From Deltaproteobacteria bacterium (lineage in GTDB: Bacteria > Desulfobacterota > Desulfuromonadia > Desulfuromonadales > Geothermobacteraceae): 41,852 bases of DNA. The stretch covers positions 1 through 41,852 of the forward strand of contig RFIO01000174.1 in the NCBI GenBank assembly GCA_003695205.1, written 5' to 3'. A program made the translations under genes and the position numbers. Shown here in pieces: positions 27,828 through 38,221 of the stretch. Each line of letters starts with the position of its first letter. The stretch's first letter is position 1. Under the pieces are notes generated by a model. It was not told the origin of the DNA. It saw nothing but the letters and a program-made list of their open reading frames with translations, and made no database searches.

Positions 27828-29336
27828 ATGCAGAAGATTCTTCGCAACATACTGACCTCAAAGGTCTATGAGGCGGCCGAAGAGACGCCGCTGGAACCGG
27901 CTGTCAACCTGGAAAAGCGGCTTGGCTGCCGGGTGCTGCTCAAACGGGAGGATTTGCAGCCGGTCTTTTCCTTCAAGATTCGCGGCGCCTACAACCGCAT
28001 CGCCCACCTCGATGAAAGTGAGAGGGCGCGCGGGGTGATCGCGGCCTCCGCCGGCAATCACGCCCAGGGCGTTGCTTTTTCCGCCCGGAAGCTCGGTATC
28101 TCGGCGACCATCGTCATGCCGGCCACGACGCCGCAGATCAAGGTCGACGCCGTGCGGTCCATGGGTGCCGAAGTCGTCCTGCGCGGCGACAGCTATTCCG
28201 AGGCCGCCGACCACTGCATGCAGCTGGTCGCATCGAGTGGCCGGGTTTTCATTCATCCCTTCGATGACGAGCTGGTCATTGCCGGGCAGGGGACGGTGGC
28301 GGACGAAATTCTGCGCCAGAGTTCGGGCAATATCGACGCCGTCTTCGTTCCCGTCGGCGGCGGCGGGCTGATATCGGGCATGGCCGCCTACTTCAAGGCC
28401 CTTCGCCCCGATATCCGCGTGATCGGCGTTCAGCCGAAAGACAGTTCCGCCATGACCCGCTCCTGCAGGGAAGGACGCCGGGTCGAACTGGAGAGCGTCG
28501 GTATCTTTGCCGACGGCGTCGCCGTGCGCAAAGTCGGAGGGTTGACCTTTCGCGCCTGCCGGGACTACGTCGACGATTTCGTTCTGGTCGACACGGACGA
28601 GATCTGCAGCGCCATCAAGGCGATTTATCAGGACACCCGGTCCATTGTCGAACCGGCCGGCGCTCTCGGTGTGGCCGGCATGGTCCGTTATGCCGGGGAA
28701 CATGGCCTGTCCGGCAAGTCCCTTGTTGCCGTCAATTCCGGTGCCAACATGAACTTCGAGCGGCTGCGCTACGTTGCCGAGCGCACCCAGGTCGGTGAGG
28801 GGCAGGAGGCCCTGTTCGCCGTTACCATCCCGGAAAAGCCCGGTTCCCTCAAGCGCTTCTGTCAGGAGGTGGTCGGTGACCGCAATATCACCGAATTCAA
28901 CTACCGTCTCGCCAGCCGGGCCGAAGCGCAGATTTTCGTTGGGATCTCGGTACGCAGCCTCGAGGAGCGGTATGCCTTTGCAGAGGACCTCGAGCGTGCC
29001 GGTTTTCGCAACGTCGATCTGACCGACAACGACCTGGCCAAGACCCACGTGCGCTACATGGTCGGCGGACGATCGGAGGCAGCCGTGGACGAAGTCCTGT
29101 TCCGTTTCTGGTTTCCCGAACGGCCGGGTGCCCTGGGGCGGTTTCTTGCCGCCATGGGGCAGAACTGGAACATCTCACTGTTCCATTACCGGATGCAGGG
29201 AGGGGATTTCGGCCGGGTGCTGGTCGGGCTGGAGATTCCGGCTTCCGAAAAGGGGCAGCTTGGCACTTTTCTCAAGCAGCTGGGTTACCGTTACCTGGAG
29301 GAAACGGACAACCCGGCCTACCGTCTTTTTCTGTGA
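27828..29336 (+). CDS. ilvA: Threonine dehydratase, biosynthetic
   Basis: [40 protein letters not shown]; two C-terminal ACT-like domains (PEKPGS, PERPGAL); AGGAGG RBS. Confidence 0.95.
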   Translation: MQKILRNILTSKVYEAAEETPLEPAVNLEKRLGCRVLLKREDLQPVFSFKIRGAYNRIAHLDESERARGVIAASAGNHAQGVAFSARKLGISATIVMPATTPQIKVDAVRSMGAEVVLRGDSYSEAADHCMQLVASSGRVFIHPFDDELVIAGQGTVADEILRQSSGNIDAVFVPVGGGGLISGMAAYFKALRPDIRVIGVQPKDSSAMTRSCREGRRVELESVGIFADGVAVRKVGGLTFRACRDYVDDFVLVDTDEICSAIKAIYQDTRSIVEPAGALGVAGMVRYAGEHGLSGKSLVAVNSGANMNFERLRYVAERTQVGEGQEALFAVTIPEKPGSLKRFCQEVVGDRNITEFNYRLASRAEAQIFVGISVRSLEERYAFAEDLERAGFRNVDLTDNDLAKTHVRYMVGGRSEAAVDEVLFRFWFPERPGALGRFLAAMGQNWNISLFHYRMQGGDFGRVLVGLEIPASEKGQLGTFLKQLGYRYLEETDNPAYRLFL

Positions 29337-29439
29337 ACCCTCATGCTTTGGTTGCAAAATTTGCCACATCGCCTGCCTTGGAGTGTCACCGGGACGGAAG
29401 CCCGGAAACGGTTATTGGCCCATTGACCCGGCATACGAC

Positions 29440-29456
29440 TTGGCACGTCTGATGCA
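29440..29456 (+). promoter_or_regulatory. Putative sigma54 (-24/-12) promoter of the hybrid kinase
   Basis: TTGGCACGTCTGATGCA: GG-N10-GC with TGGCACG; palindrome GCAAA-A-TTTGC at 29354-29364 is a possible enhancer site. Confidence 0.6.
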
Positions 29457-29489
29457 GATTAATATGGTTGAATAAATGTTGTTTACTCC

Positions 29490-31535
29490 ATGGAGGGGTT
29501 CGTGGGCGCCTACGTCCTTATTGTCGATGATGACAACTTCATACGACGCATCCTGGTCGACCTGCTGCAGGATCGGGGCTTCACGGTCCTCGAGGCCGAA
29601 TCGGGCGAGCGGGCGCTGGAACTCTGCCGCGACCGGCGACCCCAGGCGGTCATTCTTGACCTGGTGATGCCGGGCGTCGATGGGGCCGAAGTCTGTCGGA
29701 CCCTGCGCGCCGACCCGGCCTGCCGGTACCTGCCCATCCTGCTGCTTACCTCGCGTGCTGACCGGGCCGCAAGCATCAATCCCTTTGAACTGGGCGCCGA
29801 TGATTATCTTGCCAAACCCTTTGACCCGGAAGATCTTGTCACGCGGCTGAAGGCAGCCATCTTCAAGCAGAATGCCCAGGAGGCAATGGCGGTCCGAACC
29901 GGCGACTACAGGGCCCTGGTCGACATTTCCGAATCAATCGCCGACAGTGTTGAAACCGGCCAGATCCTGCGGCGTATCGTCGGCAAAATCGCCGGCCATA
30001 TCAGCGATATCGAGCGTTGCAGTATCGCGGTGATCCAGGAGGACAGCGCGGTCGGCTATGTCCTCGCTTCCAGTGATGACGCCTCCGTCGAGGAACTGCG
30101 CATCGATCTCGACAACTACCCGGAGATTCGGCGCGTACTCGAAACCGGCGAGCCGCTGCTGGTTTCAGATGTCGATCGAGACCCGCTGCTCGACCCGGTG
30201 CGGGGACGTCTGGCAAACCGGCAGTTCAATGCCATTCTTGTGGTTCCGGTTCACCACCAGCAACGCGTGGTTGGCGTCATGGTTCTGCGGGCCCTGCGCA
30301 GCAGGCCGACGTTGTCGCCGCGGGAAATCGAATTCTGCCAGCTGGTAGCCGATGTCGCCTCTGGTCCGCTGTGCAATGCCCGTTTTTTCACCAGGTTGCG
30401 GCGGGAATCCGCCGCGTTGCGCCAGGCCAAACAGCTGCTTGAGGATGAACTGCGTATCAAGGCGATCTATGAGGAGTTGTTCGACAATGCCTCGGACGGC
30501 CTGATCGCTGTAAACAGTGATGGCCTGGTTGAATTCGCCAACCGGAGGGCGCTGCAGCTGATCGGACTTGATCGTGACGACCTGGTCGGGCAGCTTTTGC
30601 AGGGTGTGGTCGGCCGTACAACCTTCGGGCGGGTTCTGGTCGGCTGGCAGAGACGGGGACGATCGGATGGAACCGACCGGGTCCGTTTCGACCTGGCCAT
30701 GCCGACCGCCCATGCCGGCCGGCGGCTCTTTTCGGTCAGTGCCAACGCCAGCCCGGTCCTTGGAAACCTTTACATCGTTGCCATTCGCGATGTGTCCGAA
30801 AAACGGCGCATGGAGAGAGAGCTGACCGCCAGCAACCGGCGCCTGCAGCAGCTTGATCGTTTCCGGGCCGAATTTCTCAATACCGCCACTCACGAACTGC
30901 GGGTGCCCGTGACCATCGTACACGGATACTGCAGTCTGTTGCGCGACAGCCTGGGCAATGGCCTCAGGGGCGCTGAGGCCGAATACCTTCAGGCGGCCTG
31001 TGACAGCAGCGAGAAACTGGTCGATCTGGTCAACAACATGCTCGACCTGTCAAGGTTCGAGGCGGGTAAAATGGGTCTCGAACTGCTGCCCCGTCCGATT
31101 GAGGAGACGGTGCGGGAGGTCTGTCGCGAGCTCGCCCCGGTTGCCGAACAGTCCCGCCTGGCGATTCAGGTCGGCTCCGTCCCCGGACGTCCGGTACTCC
31201 ATGACCGCCATACGGTCCAGAGGGTTATCGCCAATCTGCTCAGCAATGCCTTCAAGTTCACACCCGAGGGAGGGCGGGTCGAAATCGAGTTCGAGGAGGT
31301 CGGCCAGGATCTTCTTGTCTCGGTCAGTGACACCGGCAAAGGCATACCACCAGAACAGCTGCCGCATCTGTTCGACGAATTTACCCAGGTCGGACGGGAG
31401 GATGCCCGGCGCGGCAGCGGTCTGGGACTGTCGATCTGCCGCAAAATAGTCGAATCGCACGGCGGTCGCATCTGGGCTGAAAGCCAGCCTGGCATGGGGA
31501 GCCGCTTCTGCTTCACCCTGCCGTTGGCTCACTGA
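29490..31535 (+). CDS. Cytoplasmic hybrid histidine kinase (REC-GAF-PAS-HisKA-HATPase)
   Basis: VLIVDDD / ILDLVMP / KPF receiver; GAF; PAS (LFDNASDGL); THELRVP H-box; NLLSNAFKFT, DTGKGI, GSGLGL. The start may be GTG 29502. Confidence 0.92.
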   Translation: MEGFVGAYVLIVDDDNFIRRILVDLLQDRGFTVLEAESGERALELCRDRRPQAVILDLVMPGVDGAEVCRTLRADPACRYLPILLLTSRADRAASINPFELGADDYLAKPFDPEDLVTRLKAAIFKQNAQEAMAVRTGDYRALVDISESIADSVETGQILRRIVGKIAGHISDIERCSIAVIQEDSAVGYVLASSDDASVEELRIDLDNYPEIRRVLETGEPLLVSDVDRDPLLDPVRGRLANRQFNAILVVPVHHQQRVVGVMVLRALRSRPTLSPREIEFCQLVADVASGPLCNARFFTRLRRESAALRQAKQLLEDELRIKAIYEELFDNASDGLIAVNSDGLVEFANRRALQLIGLDRDDLVGQLLQGVVGRTTFGRVLVGWQRRGRSDGTDRVRFDLAMPTAHAGRRLFSVSANASPVLGNLYIVAIRDVSEKRRMERELTASNRRLQQLDRFRAEFLNTATHELRVPVTIVHGYCSLLRDSLGNGLRGAEAEYLQAACDSSEKLVDLVNNMLDLSRFEAGKMGLELLPRPIEETVREVCRELAPVAEQSRLAIQVGSVPGRPVLHDRHTVQRVIANLLSNAFKFTPEGGRVEIEFEEVGQDLLVSVSDTGKGIPPEQLPHLFDEFTQVGREDARRGSGLGLSICRKIVESHGGRIWAESQPGMGSRFCFTLPLAH

Positions 31536-31605
31536 CCCCTGCCGTAACAGCCCGGCCCGCAACCATCTCCACGCTTTCTGTTATCCCTGCGGATTTACAA
31601 CCGAA

Positions 31606-31655
31606 TTGTCTTACTTTTTTTGTCGGAAAAATAATTGACAGGAATGCTCAGGTAT
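31606..31655 (+). promoter_or_regulatory. Tandem IscR type-1-like operators overlapping the cysE-iscR promoter
   Basis: ATAATTGACAGGAATGCTCAGGTAT (31631-31655, contains the TTGACA -35) preceded by a weaker 25-mer TTGTCTTACTTTTTTTGTCGGAAAA. Confidence 0.6.
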
Positions 31656-31696
31656 GCTAGTTCTGGCCTCGAACAAATGAGTAACGGGAGGCGGCC

Positions 31697-32392
31697 GTGC
31701 TGAAGACATTGCGTGAAGATTTCAAGGTGGTATTTGAGCGGGACCCCGCGGTTCGCAGTGTGCTGGAAATCATTCTTTGCTATCCGGGTTTTCACGCGGT
31801 GCTCTTCTACCGCCTGGCTCACTGGCTCTGGGTGCGCAAGTTCTACCTGCTGGGACGTTTTGTCTCCCACCTCGGCCGGTTTTTCACCGGCATCGAGATT
31901 CACCCCGGAGCACAGATAGGCAAGGGTTTCTTCATTGACCACGGCATGGGCGTTGTCATCGGCGAGACAGCCGAGATCGGCGACAACTGCACCCTCTATC
32001 ACGGCGTCACCCTTGGTGGGACCTCCTGGGCGAAGGAGAAGCGCCATCCGACCCTGGGCAACAATGTCATCATTGGCTCGGGAGCCAAGGTCCTCGGACC
32101 CTTCCGGGTCGGCGACAACAGCAAGGTCGGCTCCAACTCGGTTGTGGTCAAGGAAGTACCCGACAATTCCACCGTGGTTGGCATCCCCGGCAAGGTGGTG
32201 ATTTCAGAAGGCAAAAAAGCCGAACCCAAGGTCGACCTTGAACACGGCAAACTGCCCGATCCCGAGGCCAAGGCCATTGCCTGCCTGTTCGACCAGATTC
32301 GCTCCCTGGAGAAACAGGTCAGGGATCTGACCGCCGAACAGGAGCGCCTCAGGGCCGAGCTCGACCGGGAGACGGAAGCCAAAAGTGCCTGA
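31697..32392 (+). CDS. cysE: Serine O-acetyltransferase
   Basis: [46 protein letters not shown]; GGGAGG RBS, GTG start. Confidence 0.96.
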   Translation: MLKTLREDFKVVFERDPAVRSVLEIILCYPGFHAVLFYRLAHWLWVRKFYLLGRFVSHLGRFFTGIEIHPGAQIGKGFFIDHGMGVVIGETAEIGDNCTLYHGVTLGGTSWAKEKRHPTLGNNVIIGSGAKVLGPFRVGDNSKVGSNSVVVKEVPDNSTVVGIPGKVVISEGKKAEPKVDLEHGKLPDPEAKAIACLFDQIRSLEKQVRDLTAEQERLRAELDRETEAKSA

Positions 32393-32414
32393 CCCGGGTC
32401 AGGATGGATGAATC

Positions 32415-32837
32415 ATGCGACTTTCCACCAAAGCACAGTATGCCGTTCGGGCCATGGTCAGTCTCAGCCTGCACGGCGATGAAGGACCGGTTTCAATCAA
32501 GGATATCTCGGCGCGCGAGTCGATCTCGCTTCCCTACCTCGAGCAGCTGTTCGTCAAACTTCGCCGGGGCGAGATCGTCACAAGCGTGCGTGGCCCCGGA
32601 GGCGGTTACCGGCTTGCCCGGCCGGCCGACCAGATACGGGTCGACGAGATCATCGATTCGGTTGAGGAATCTCTCGTGCCGGTTTCATGCATGGACGAAA
32701 AGGGGCGTTGTGTCTGCGATGACCACTGTGTCACCCACAACGTCTGGCAGGGGCTGGGAGAACGTATCCGTTCCTTTCTGGCATCGATTACCCTCGACGA
32801 TCTGACCCGGGAGGCCCGGGAGAAGGTCCACAATTAG
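32415..32837 (+). CDS. iscR: Rrf2-family Fe-S cluster regulator (IscR-like)
   Basis: MRLSTKAQYAV, YLEQLFVKLR, SVRGPGGGYRL, C-terminal SCMDEKGRCVCDDHCVTH ligands. Confidence 0.85.
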   Translation: MRLSTKAQYAVRAMVSLSLHGDEGPVSIKDISARESISLPYLEQLFVKLRRGEIVTSVRGPGGGYRLARPADQIRVDEIIDSVEESLVPVSCMDEKGRCVCDDHCVTHNVWQGLGERIRSFLASITLDDLTREAREKVHN

Positions 32838-32882
32838 GATATCAGTCAGCCCGGCCCCGAGATGGCCGGCAGGAGGTCCAAG

Positions 32883-34094
32883 GTGAAACAGATTTACCTC
32901 GACAACAACGCCACCACCCCGGTACATCCAGAGGTGCTGGAGGCCATGCTTCCCTGCTACCGTGACCAGTTCGGCAACCCGTCCAGCGTTCACTGGGCCG
33001 GGCGGGCCGTTGCCGGCGCGGTTGAGAAAGCGCGCGAACAGGTTGCATCCCTGATCGGGGCCTCTCCTGCGGAGATTGTTTTCGTTTCCTGCGGCAGCGA
33101 GGGGGACAATATGGCCCTCAAGGGGACGGTCGACGCCCTGCGCGACAAGGGGAACCACATCATCACCACTTCGGTGGAGCACCCGGCGGTACTCGAAACC
33201 TGCCGTTACCTGGAAAAGACCGGCTGCGAGGTCACCTACCTGCCGGTGGACCGAGACGGCATGCTCGACCTTGCGCAGCTCGAGGCCGCCATTACCGAAA
33301 AAACCATCCTGATCTCGGTCATGTGGGGCAACAACGAAACCGGCAACATCTTCCCCATCGAAGAGATCGGCAAAATCGCCCGCAAGTACAAGGTTCGTTT
33401 TCACACCGACGCCGTGCAGGCGGTCGGCAAGGTGCCGGTCGACGTCAAGGCGGCCGGGGTCGACATGCTGGTGCTGTCCGGTCACAAGATCGGCGCTCCC
33501 AAGGGGGTCGGCGCCATCTATATCAAGCGCGGCACCCGGCTGACGCCGCTTATGCACGGCGGGCACCAGGAGCGCAACCGGCGTGCCGGAACCCACAACG
33601 TTGCCGGTATCGTCGGACTGGGCAAGGCCTGCGAGATTGCCGGACGTGATCTCGAAAAGAACGCCGCCCACATGCGGCGGCTGCGCGACAAGCTTGAGGA
33701 GGGGATCAGGAAAAACGTTCCACAGATCAAGCTTAATGGTCACCCCGACCCGGCCATGCGACTGCCCAATACCCTCAACGTCAGCTTTGCCTTCATCGAG
33801 GGGGAATCGCTGCTGCTCAATCTCGACATGTACGGCATAGCCGCCTCGAGCGGTTCGGCCTGCACTTCGGGGTCCCTGGAGCCGTCACACGTACTCGGGG
33901 CCATGTGTGTCGAGGTGACCCTGGCTCATTCGAGCACCCGCTTCTCCCTCGGCCCGAACAACACCGAGGAAGAGATCGACTATGTCCTGGACGTGCTGCC
34001 CAAGACGGTGCAGCGCCTGCGGGAGATGAGTCCGTTGTACAATTGCAGTAACGAGGAACAGTGCGAAACCTGCGAAACCATCCGCAGAATCTGA
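32883..34094 (+). CDS. iscS: Cysteine desulfurase (IscS/NifS group I)
   Basis: YLDNNATT, GNPSS, HTDAVQ, SGHK, SSGSACTS; AGGAGG RBS before GTG 32883. Confidence 0.93.
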   Translation: MKQIYLDNNATTPVHPEVLEAMLPCYRDQFGNPSSVHWAGRAVAGAVEKAREQVASLIGASPAEIVFVSCGSEGDNMALKGTVDALRDKGNHIITTSVEHPAVLETCRYLEKTGCEVTYLPVDRDGMLDLAQLEAAITEKTILISVMWGNNETGNIFPIEEIGKIARKYKVRFHTDAVQAVGKVPVDVKAAGVDMLVLSGHKIGAPKGVGAIYIKRGTRLTPLMHGGHQERNRRAGTHNVAGIVGLGKACEIAGRDLEKNAAHMRRLRDKLEEGIRKNVPQIKLNGHPDPAMRLPNTLNVSFAFIEGESLLLNLDMYGIAASSGSACTSGSLEPSHVLGAMCVEVTLAHSSTRFSLGPNNTEEEIDYVLDVLPKTVQRLREMSPLYNCSNEEQCETCETIRRI

Positions 34095-34122
34095 GTCAAC
34101 AGCAGACAGGAGATCGACACCT

Positions 34123-34497
34123 ATGTACACCGATAAAGTCATGGACCATTTCCAGAACCCCCGCAACGTCGGCGAGATCCCCGATGCCAATGGCGTCGGC
34201 GAGGTCGGCAACGCCTCCTGCGGCGACATCATGAAAATCTTTCTCAAGGTCGAGGACAACGTCATCAAGGACGTCAAGTTCAAGACCTTCGGTTGTGGTG
34301 CCGCCATCGCCACTTCATCGATGGTAACCGAGATGGCCATCGGCAAGACGATTGACGAGGCGCTGGAGCTCTCCAACCAGGCGGTGGCCGAGGCCCTTGA
34401 CGGCCTGCCCGCCCAGAAGATGCACTGTTCCAACCTCGCGGCCGACGCGCTGCACGAGGCAATCAAGGACTACAAGGCCAGGCAGCAGGCCGGCTGA
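34123..34497 (+). CDS. iscU: Fe-S scaffold protein (IscU/NifU N-terminal type)
   Basis: DHFQNPRNVG, CGDIM, FGCGAAIA, KMHCSNL. Confidence 0.93.
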   Translation: MYTDKVMDHFQNPRNVGEIPDANGVGEVGNASCGDIMKIFLKVEDNVIKDVKFKTFGCGAAIATSSMVTEMAIGKTIDEALELSNQAVAEALDGLPAQKMHCSNLAADALHEAIKDYKARQQAG

Positions 34498-34653
34498 GCC
34501 TGCCGGGCTGCCGACAGAAACGGAACAAGGGGAGGGTGGGCCGCAGGTGGCCGACCCTCCCTGCTGTTTGGGGCCGGGGCATATCTGGTCTTTTGTCGCC
34601 TGATCGGGTATAGTGCCGCCTTTCCGAACGCCCGCAGGGAGAATGGTTTTTTC

Positions 34654-35748
34654 ATGTCTGATCTTCTCACATCCAGTTGCAGGCGCATCGTTGTCGCCAT
34701 GAGCGGTGGTGTCGACTCCTCGGTGACCGCCGCCCTGCTGAAGGAGGCCGGCCACGAGGTGATCGGCATGACCATGCAGATCTGGGACTACAGCAAGTTC
34801 GAGGCGCCCGACGGTGAGACCTTTGGCACATGCTGCAGCCTGGATGATGTTTACGACGCCCGCCGGGTGGCTGAGCAGGTCGGCATCCCCTTCTACGTGG
34901 TCAATTTCGAGGATGATTTCCAGCAGGCGGTCATCGATCCCTTCTGCGACGCCTACTTTTCCGGCCGGACCCCCAACCCCTGTGTGCTGTGCAACCAGGT
35001 TCTCAAGTTCGAACGCCTGCTGCGCCGGGCGCGTGAGCTTGAGGCCGACTACCTGGTGACAGGTCACTACGCTGTTGTTACGGGCGGGGAGGGGGATTAT
35101 CACCTGCGCAAGGGGCGGGACGCCGGCAAGGACCAGTCCTATTTCCTCTTCACCTTGACCCCTGAACAGATGCGCATGGTGCGCTTTCCGCTTGGTGGCA
35201 TGACCAAGGCCGAGGTGCGTGCGCACGCCGACCGTCTCGAGCTGCGGGTGGCGGAAAAGCCCGAGAGTCAGGATATCTGTTTCGTTCCTGACGGAGACTA
35301 TGTCCGCTTCCTTGAGGAAGAACGGGGGCCGGGCAGGCTGGATGGCGATATCGTTCATGTTGACGGCCGGGTGCTTGGCCGCCACCAGGGCACCTACCGC
35401 TATACCATCGGCCAGCGCCGTGGCCTGGGGCTTTCCTGGCCGGTGCCGCTCTATGTCGTAGGCATCGATGCCGGCGAACGCAGGGTGATTGTGGGTGAAA
35501 AGGAACATCTGGAGGTGCGCGAGCTGGTGATTGACGGGGTCAACTGGATTGTTGCGCCCGCTTCAGACCGGTTCCGGGCTGCCTGCCGCATCCGCTACCG
35601 GCACAGCGAACAGCCGGCCGAGATCCGCCTGCTCGGCGATGGCCGGGTCGGCATCCGCTTCGACCAGCCGCAACGAGGCGTGACGCCGGGGCAGGCAGCG
35701 GTGATCTACCGTGACGACGAAGTTCTGGGGGGAGGATGGATCGCGTGA
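34654..35748 (+). CDS. mnmA: tRNA 2-thiouridine(34) synthase
   Basis: [49 protein letters not shown]. Confidence 0.96.
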   Translation: MSDLLTSSCRRIVVAMSGGVDSSVTAALLKEAGHEVIGMTMQIWDYSKFEAPDGETFGTCCSLDDVYDARRVAEQVGIPFYVVNFEDDFQQAVIDPFCDAYFSGRTPNPCVLCNQVLKFERLLRRARELEADYLVTGHYAVVTGGEGDYHLRKGRDAGKDQSYFLFTLTPEQMRMVRFPLGGMTKAEVRAHADRLELRVAEKPESQDICFVPDGDYVRFLEEERGPGRLDGDIVHVDGRVLGRHQGTYRYTIGQRRGLGLSWPVPLYVVGIDAGERRVIVGEKEHLEVRELVIDGVNWIVAPASDRFRAACRIRYRHSEQPAEIRLLGDGRVGIRFDQPQRGVTPGQAAVIYRDDEVLGGGWIA

Positions 35749-37037
35749 GCCAGACTGTTGCCATTGCCACGCTCGGCTGCAAGACCAACCAGTTCGAGTC
35801 TGCGGCCATCGAGGAGCAGCTCAGGGGAGCTGGCTATACCATCGTCCCCTTCGAGGAAGGGGCCGACCTGGTGGTGGTCAATACCTGCACCGTGACCGCG
35901 CGCACCGATGCCCAGAGCCGCAACCTGATCCGCCGGGCCCGGCGGCTGAACCTGCAGTCGCGCATCATTGTCACAGGCTGCTACGCGCAGGTGGAGCCCG
36001 AGGCGTTGCGGCGTATACCCGGCGTCGCCATGGTGATCGGCAATGATGAGAAGAAAGATTTGCTACGCTACCTGGCCGAGGAGCGGGAGCGCCAGCTGGT
36101 GGCGACCGACGGCCTGGCCAGGGGCCGTGGAGGCGTTGCCCTGTCGCTGACCAGCTTCACCGATCGCAGCCGGGCCTTCCTGCAGATACAGAACGGCTGC
36201 GATGCCTTCTGCTCCTACTGCATCATTCCCTACGCGCGCGGCAGCAGTCGCTCTGTCCCCTTTGACGAGGTGGTTGAACGGGTCGAACGCCTGGTCGGGT
36301 CCGGATATCACGAAGTGGTGCTGACCGGCATCCACATGGGCGCTTACGGCCTCGACCTCGATCCAAAGTCCAGCCTGACCGAACTTGTTCTTGCCATCGA
36401 GGAGCGTACCGAAATTCCCCGGTTGCGTCTCGGTTCCATCGAGCCGAATGAGATTACTGACCGGCTGATCGAACGGATGGCCACTTCGGATCGGATCTGC
36501 CCGCATCTGCATATCCCGATGCAGTCTGGATCGGACAGTGTTTTGAAGCGTATGAACAGGCACTATGACGCCGGCTTTTTCCACCGACTGGTCGAAAAGA
36601 TTCACCGAAGCGTGCCCGAGGTGGCCATCGGCGTCGATGTTATCGCGGGCTTTCCGGGAGAAACTGAGGAAGAGTTTGACCAGACCTGGCGCCTGATCGA
36701 CCATTTGCCCCTGTCGCACCTGCATGTTTTCCCCTACAGCCGACGCCCGGGCACCCCGGCGGCAGAAATGGCCGAACAGCTCGACGGAGCCCTGATTCGC
36801 GAACGGGCCGCGAAATTGCGCAGCCTGGGCGAGGCGAAGGCGCGGCGCTATGCCGAGCGTTTCGTTGGCCGGGTGCTGGAGCTGGTGGTCGAAGGGGGCG
36901 AAGAGGATGGGTGGCGCCGTGGGCTGTCGCGCAATTACCTTGGAGTGCAGTTCAGGGGCGAGGCCGAGCCCGGTGATCGGGTCTGGGTGCGTGTCGAGGA
37001 GTGGACGGCGGCTGGTCTGCGCGGCAGTCTGATGTGA
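35745..37037 (+). CDS. mtaB: Radical SAM methylthiotransferase (tRNA t6A37 MtaB)
   Basis: [45 protein letters not shown]; GTGA overlap with mnmA. Confidence 0.9.
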   Translation: MSQTVAIATLGCKTNQFESAAIEEQLRGAGYTIVPFEEGADLVVVNTCTVTARTDAQSRNLIRRARRLNLQSRIIVTGCYAQVEPEALRRIPGVAMVIGNDEKKDLLRYLAEERERQLVATDGLARGRGGVALSLTSFTDRSRAFLQIQNGCDAFCSYCIIPYARGSSRSVPFDEVVERVERLVGSGYHEVVLTGIHMGAYGLDLDPKSSLTELVLAIEERTEIPRLRLGSIEPNEITDRLIERMATSDRICPHLHIPMQSGSDSVLKRMNRHYDAGFFHRLVEKIHRSVPEVAIGVDVIAGFPGETEEEFDQTWRLIDHLPLSHLHVFPYSRRPGTPAAEMAEQLDGALIRERAAKLRSLGEAKARRYAERFVGRVLELVVEGGEEDGWRRGLSRNYLGVQFRGEAEPGDRVWVRVEEWTAAGLRGSLM

Positions 37038-37058
37038 GGCGTGACCAGTATATTCCCT

Positions 37059-37805
37059 TTACCGTTCCGGCTTGCGAGCTGACAGGAAGGTCCAGTTTTC
37101 CAGGAATGACGGCACGGCCACCTGCTGTTCCCTGATGTCGGTAAAATGTCGTGCCGCCTCGGCGCGAATCTCCCGCAGCAGTTCACCGCTTTCCCTTGCC
37201 AGATCGGCATTGCCTTCCCCCTCGCCACAGCACTGCATGCTGAAAACCCCTCCCGGTTTCAGGGCTCTGGCTATATGTGCCATGGTTTCGGCCATGAAGG
37301 CCTCGCGGCTCTGACCGGAGCGTATCGGGTCCATGGTCAAATCGTAAATGACGCCATCCAGATCGCGTGCCCCGGCAATCCATGCGAAGGCGTCACCGGT
37401 GACAATTTCAGCGCGGGGATGTTCCCTGACATCTCCGGCCAGCTTCGGCAGGTACCTCCGGCACAGGCGCAGGACTTCGGGGTCGATATCGATCTGCCAG
37501 GCTTTTTCAAGAGGCAGGCCGATACGTTCGCAGGATCGGATCAATTCCCACAGAACGCCGCCGTCACCGCCACCGAGGATGGCAACCCGGCCGGTGGCAC
37601 CGTGCCTGAGCAGAGGCGCCACCATGGCGCTTCCATAGATGCTGTCGCTTTCGGATATCTGCAGGTCGCCATCAATGACCAGCTGGCAACCGAAGATGGA
37701 GTGGCGGGTAATTTCGATGCACTGGTAATTGCTGATGGCCGAGGCAATGATTTCCGCCTGCAGGTGGCTGGCGAATTCGGGGTTGCGTTGATCCTTCGTC
37801 AGCAT
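37059..37805 (-). CDS. Polyamine aminopropyltransferase (spermidine/spermine synthase family)
   Basis: SNYQ...IDGDLQISESD, ILGGGDGG, DID, GDA, IYDLT, LKPGG, VPSFLENWTF. Confidence 0.82.
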   Translation of the reverse strand: MLTKDQRNPEFASHLQAEIIASAISNYQCIEITRHSIFGCQLVIDGDLQISESDSIYGSAMVAPLLRHGATGRVAILGGGDGGVLWELIRSCERIGLPLEKAWQIDIDPEVLRLCRRYLPKLAGDVREHPRAEIVTGDAFAWIAGARDLDGVIYDLTMDPIRSGQSREAFMAETMAHIARALKPGGVFSMQCCGEGEGNADLARESGELLREIRAEAARHFTDIREQQVAVPSFLENWTFLSARKPER

Positions 37806-37823
37806 GGTTTGTCGCACACCAGG

Positions 37824-37862
37824 AAAAAACAAAAGGCGGGTACCCCGTGGGTATCCGCCTTT
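37824..37862 (-). terminator. Intrinsic terminator after the PxxKW gene
   Basis: AAAGGCGGATACCC/GGGTACCCGCCTTTT followed by GTTTTTT on the minus strand. Confidence 0.75.
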
Positions 37863-37883
37863 CGTGATTGTCGCGTTCGGGGA

Positions 37884-38162
37884 TTACTTGCCGCCGCGCT
37901 TGGAAGCCTTGAGCGGGTTGATACGCTGCTCGACCACCTTCTTCTCCACCTTCTGGTGCGTGGCGAAGTTGCAGATGGTTACGGCCCATTTCTGCGCCGG
38001 GGAGGGGGCGACGGAGCAGACCTTGCCGATCTTGCTCTCGATGATGCGTTCGCAGCCCTCGCACTGCTCAACGATCGGCTGGCAGGAATTGCCCTCGTAA
38101 ACACAGCCGTTCTTGCTCCAGAAGGTGCACTCGACACCGGGCTGTACTGTCTGACACTGCAT
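37884..38162 (-). CDS. PxxKW-family cysteine-rich protein
   Basis: 8 Cys, PAQKW motif, CNFATH, basic tail INPLKASKR; AAGGAGA RBS. Confidence 0.85.
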   Translation of the reverse strand: MQCQTVQPGVECTFWSKNGCVYEGNSCQPIVEQCEGCERIIESKIGKVCSVAPSPAQKWAVTICNFATHQKVEKKVVEQRINPLKASKRGGK

Positions 38163-38221
38163 GATGACAAATCTCCTTGAAGATTCGGTTATGATTCAGC
38201 GGTTCAACTCAAAGACCACAC

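Noticed and set aside
34530-34562. GC hairpin between iscU and mnmA
   Set aside because: Imperfect stem without a clear U-tract; cannot be called a terminator or riboswitch from sequence alone.
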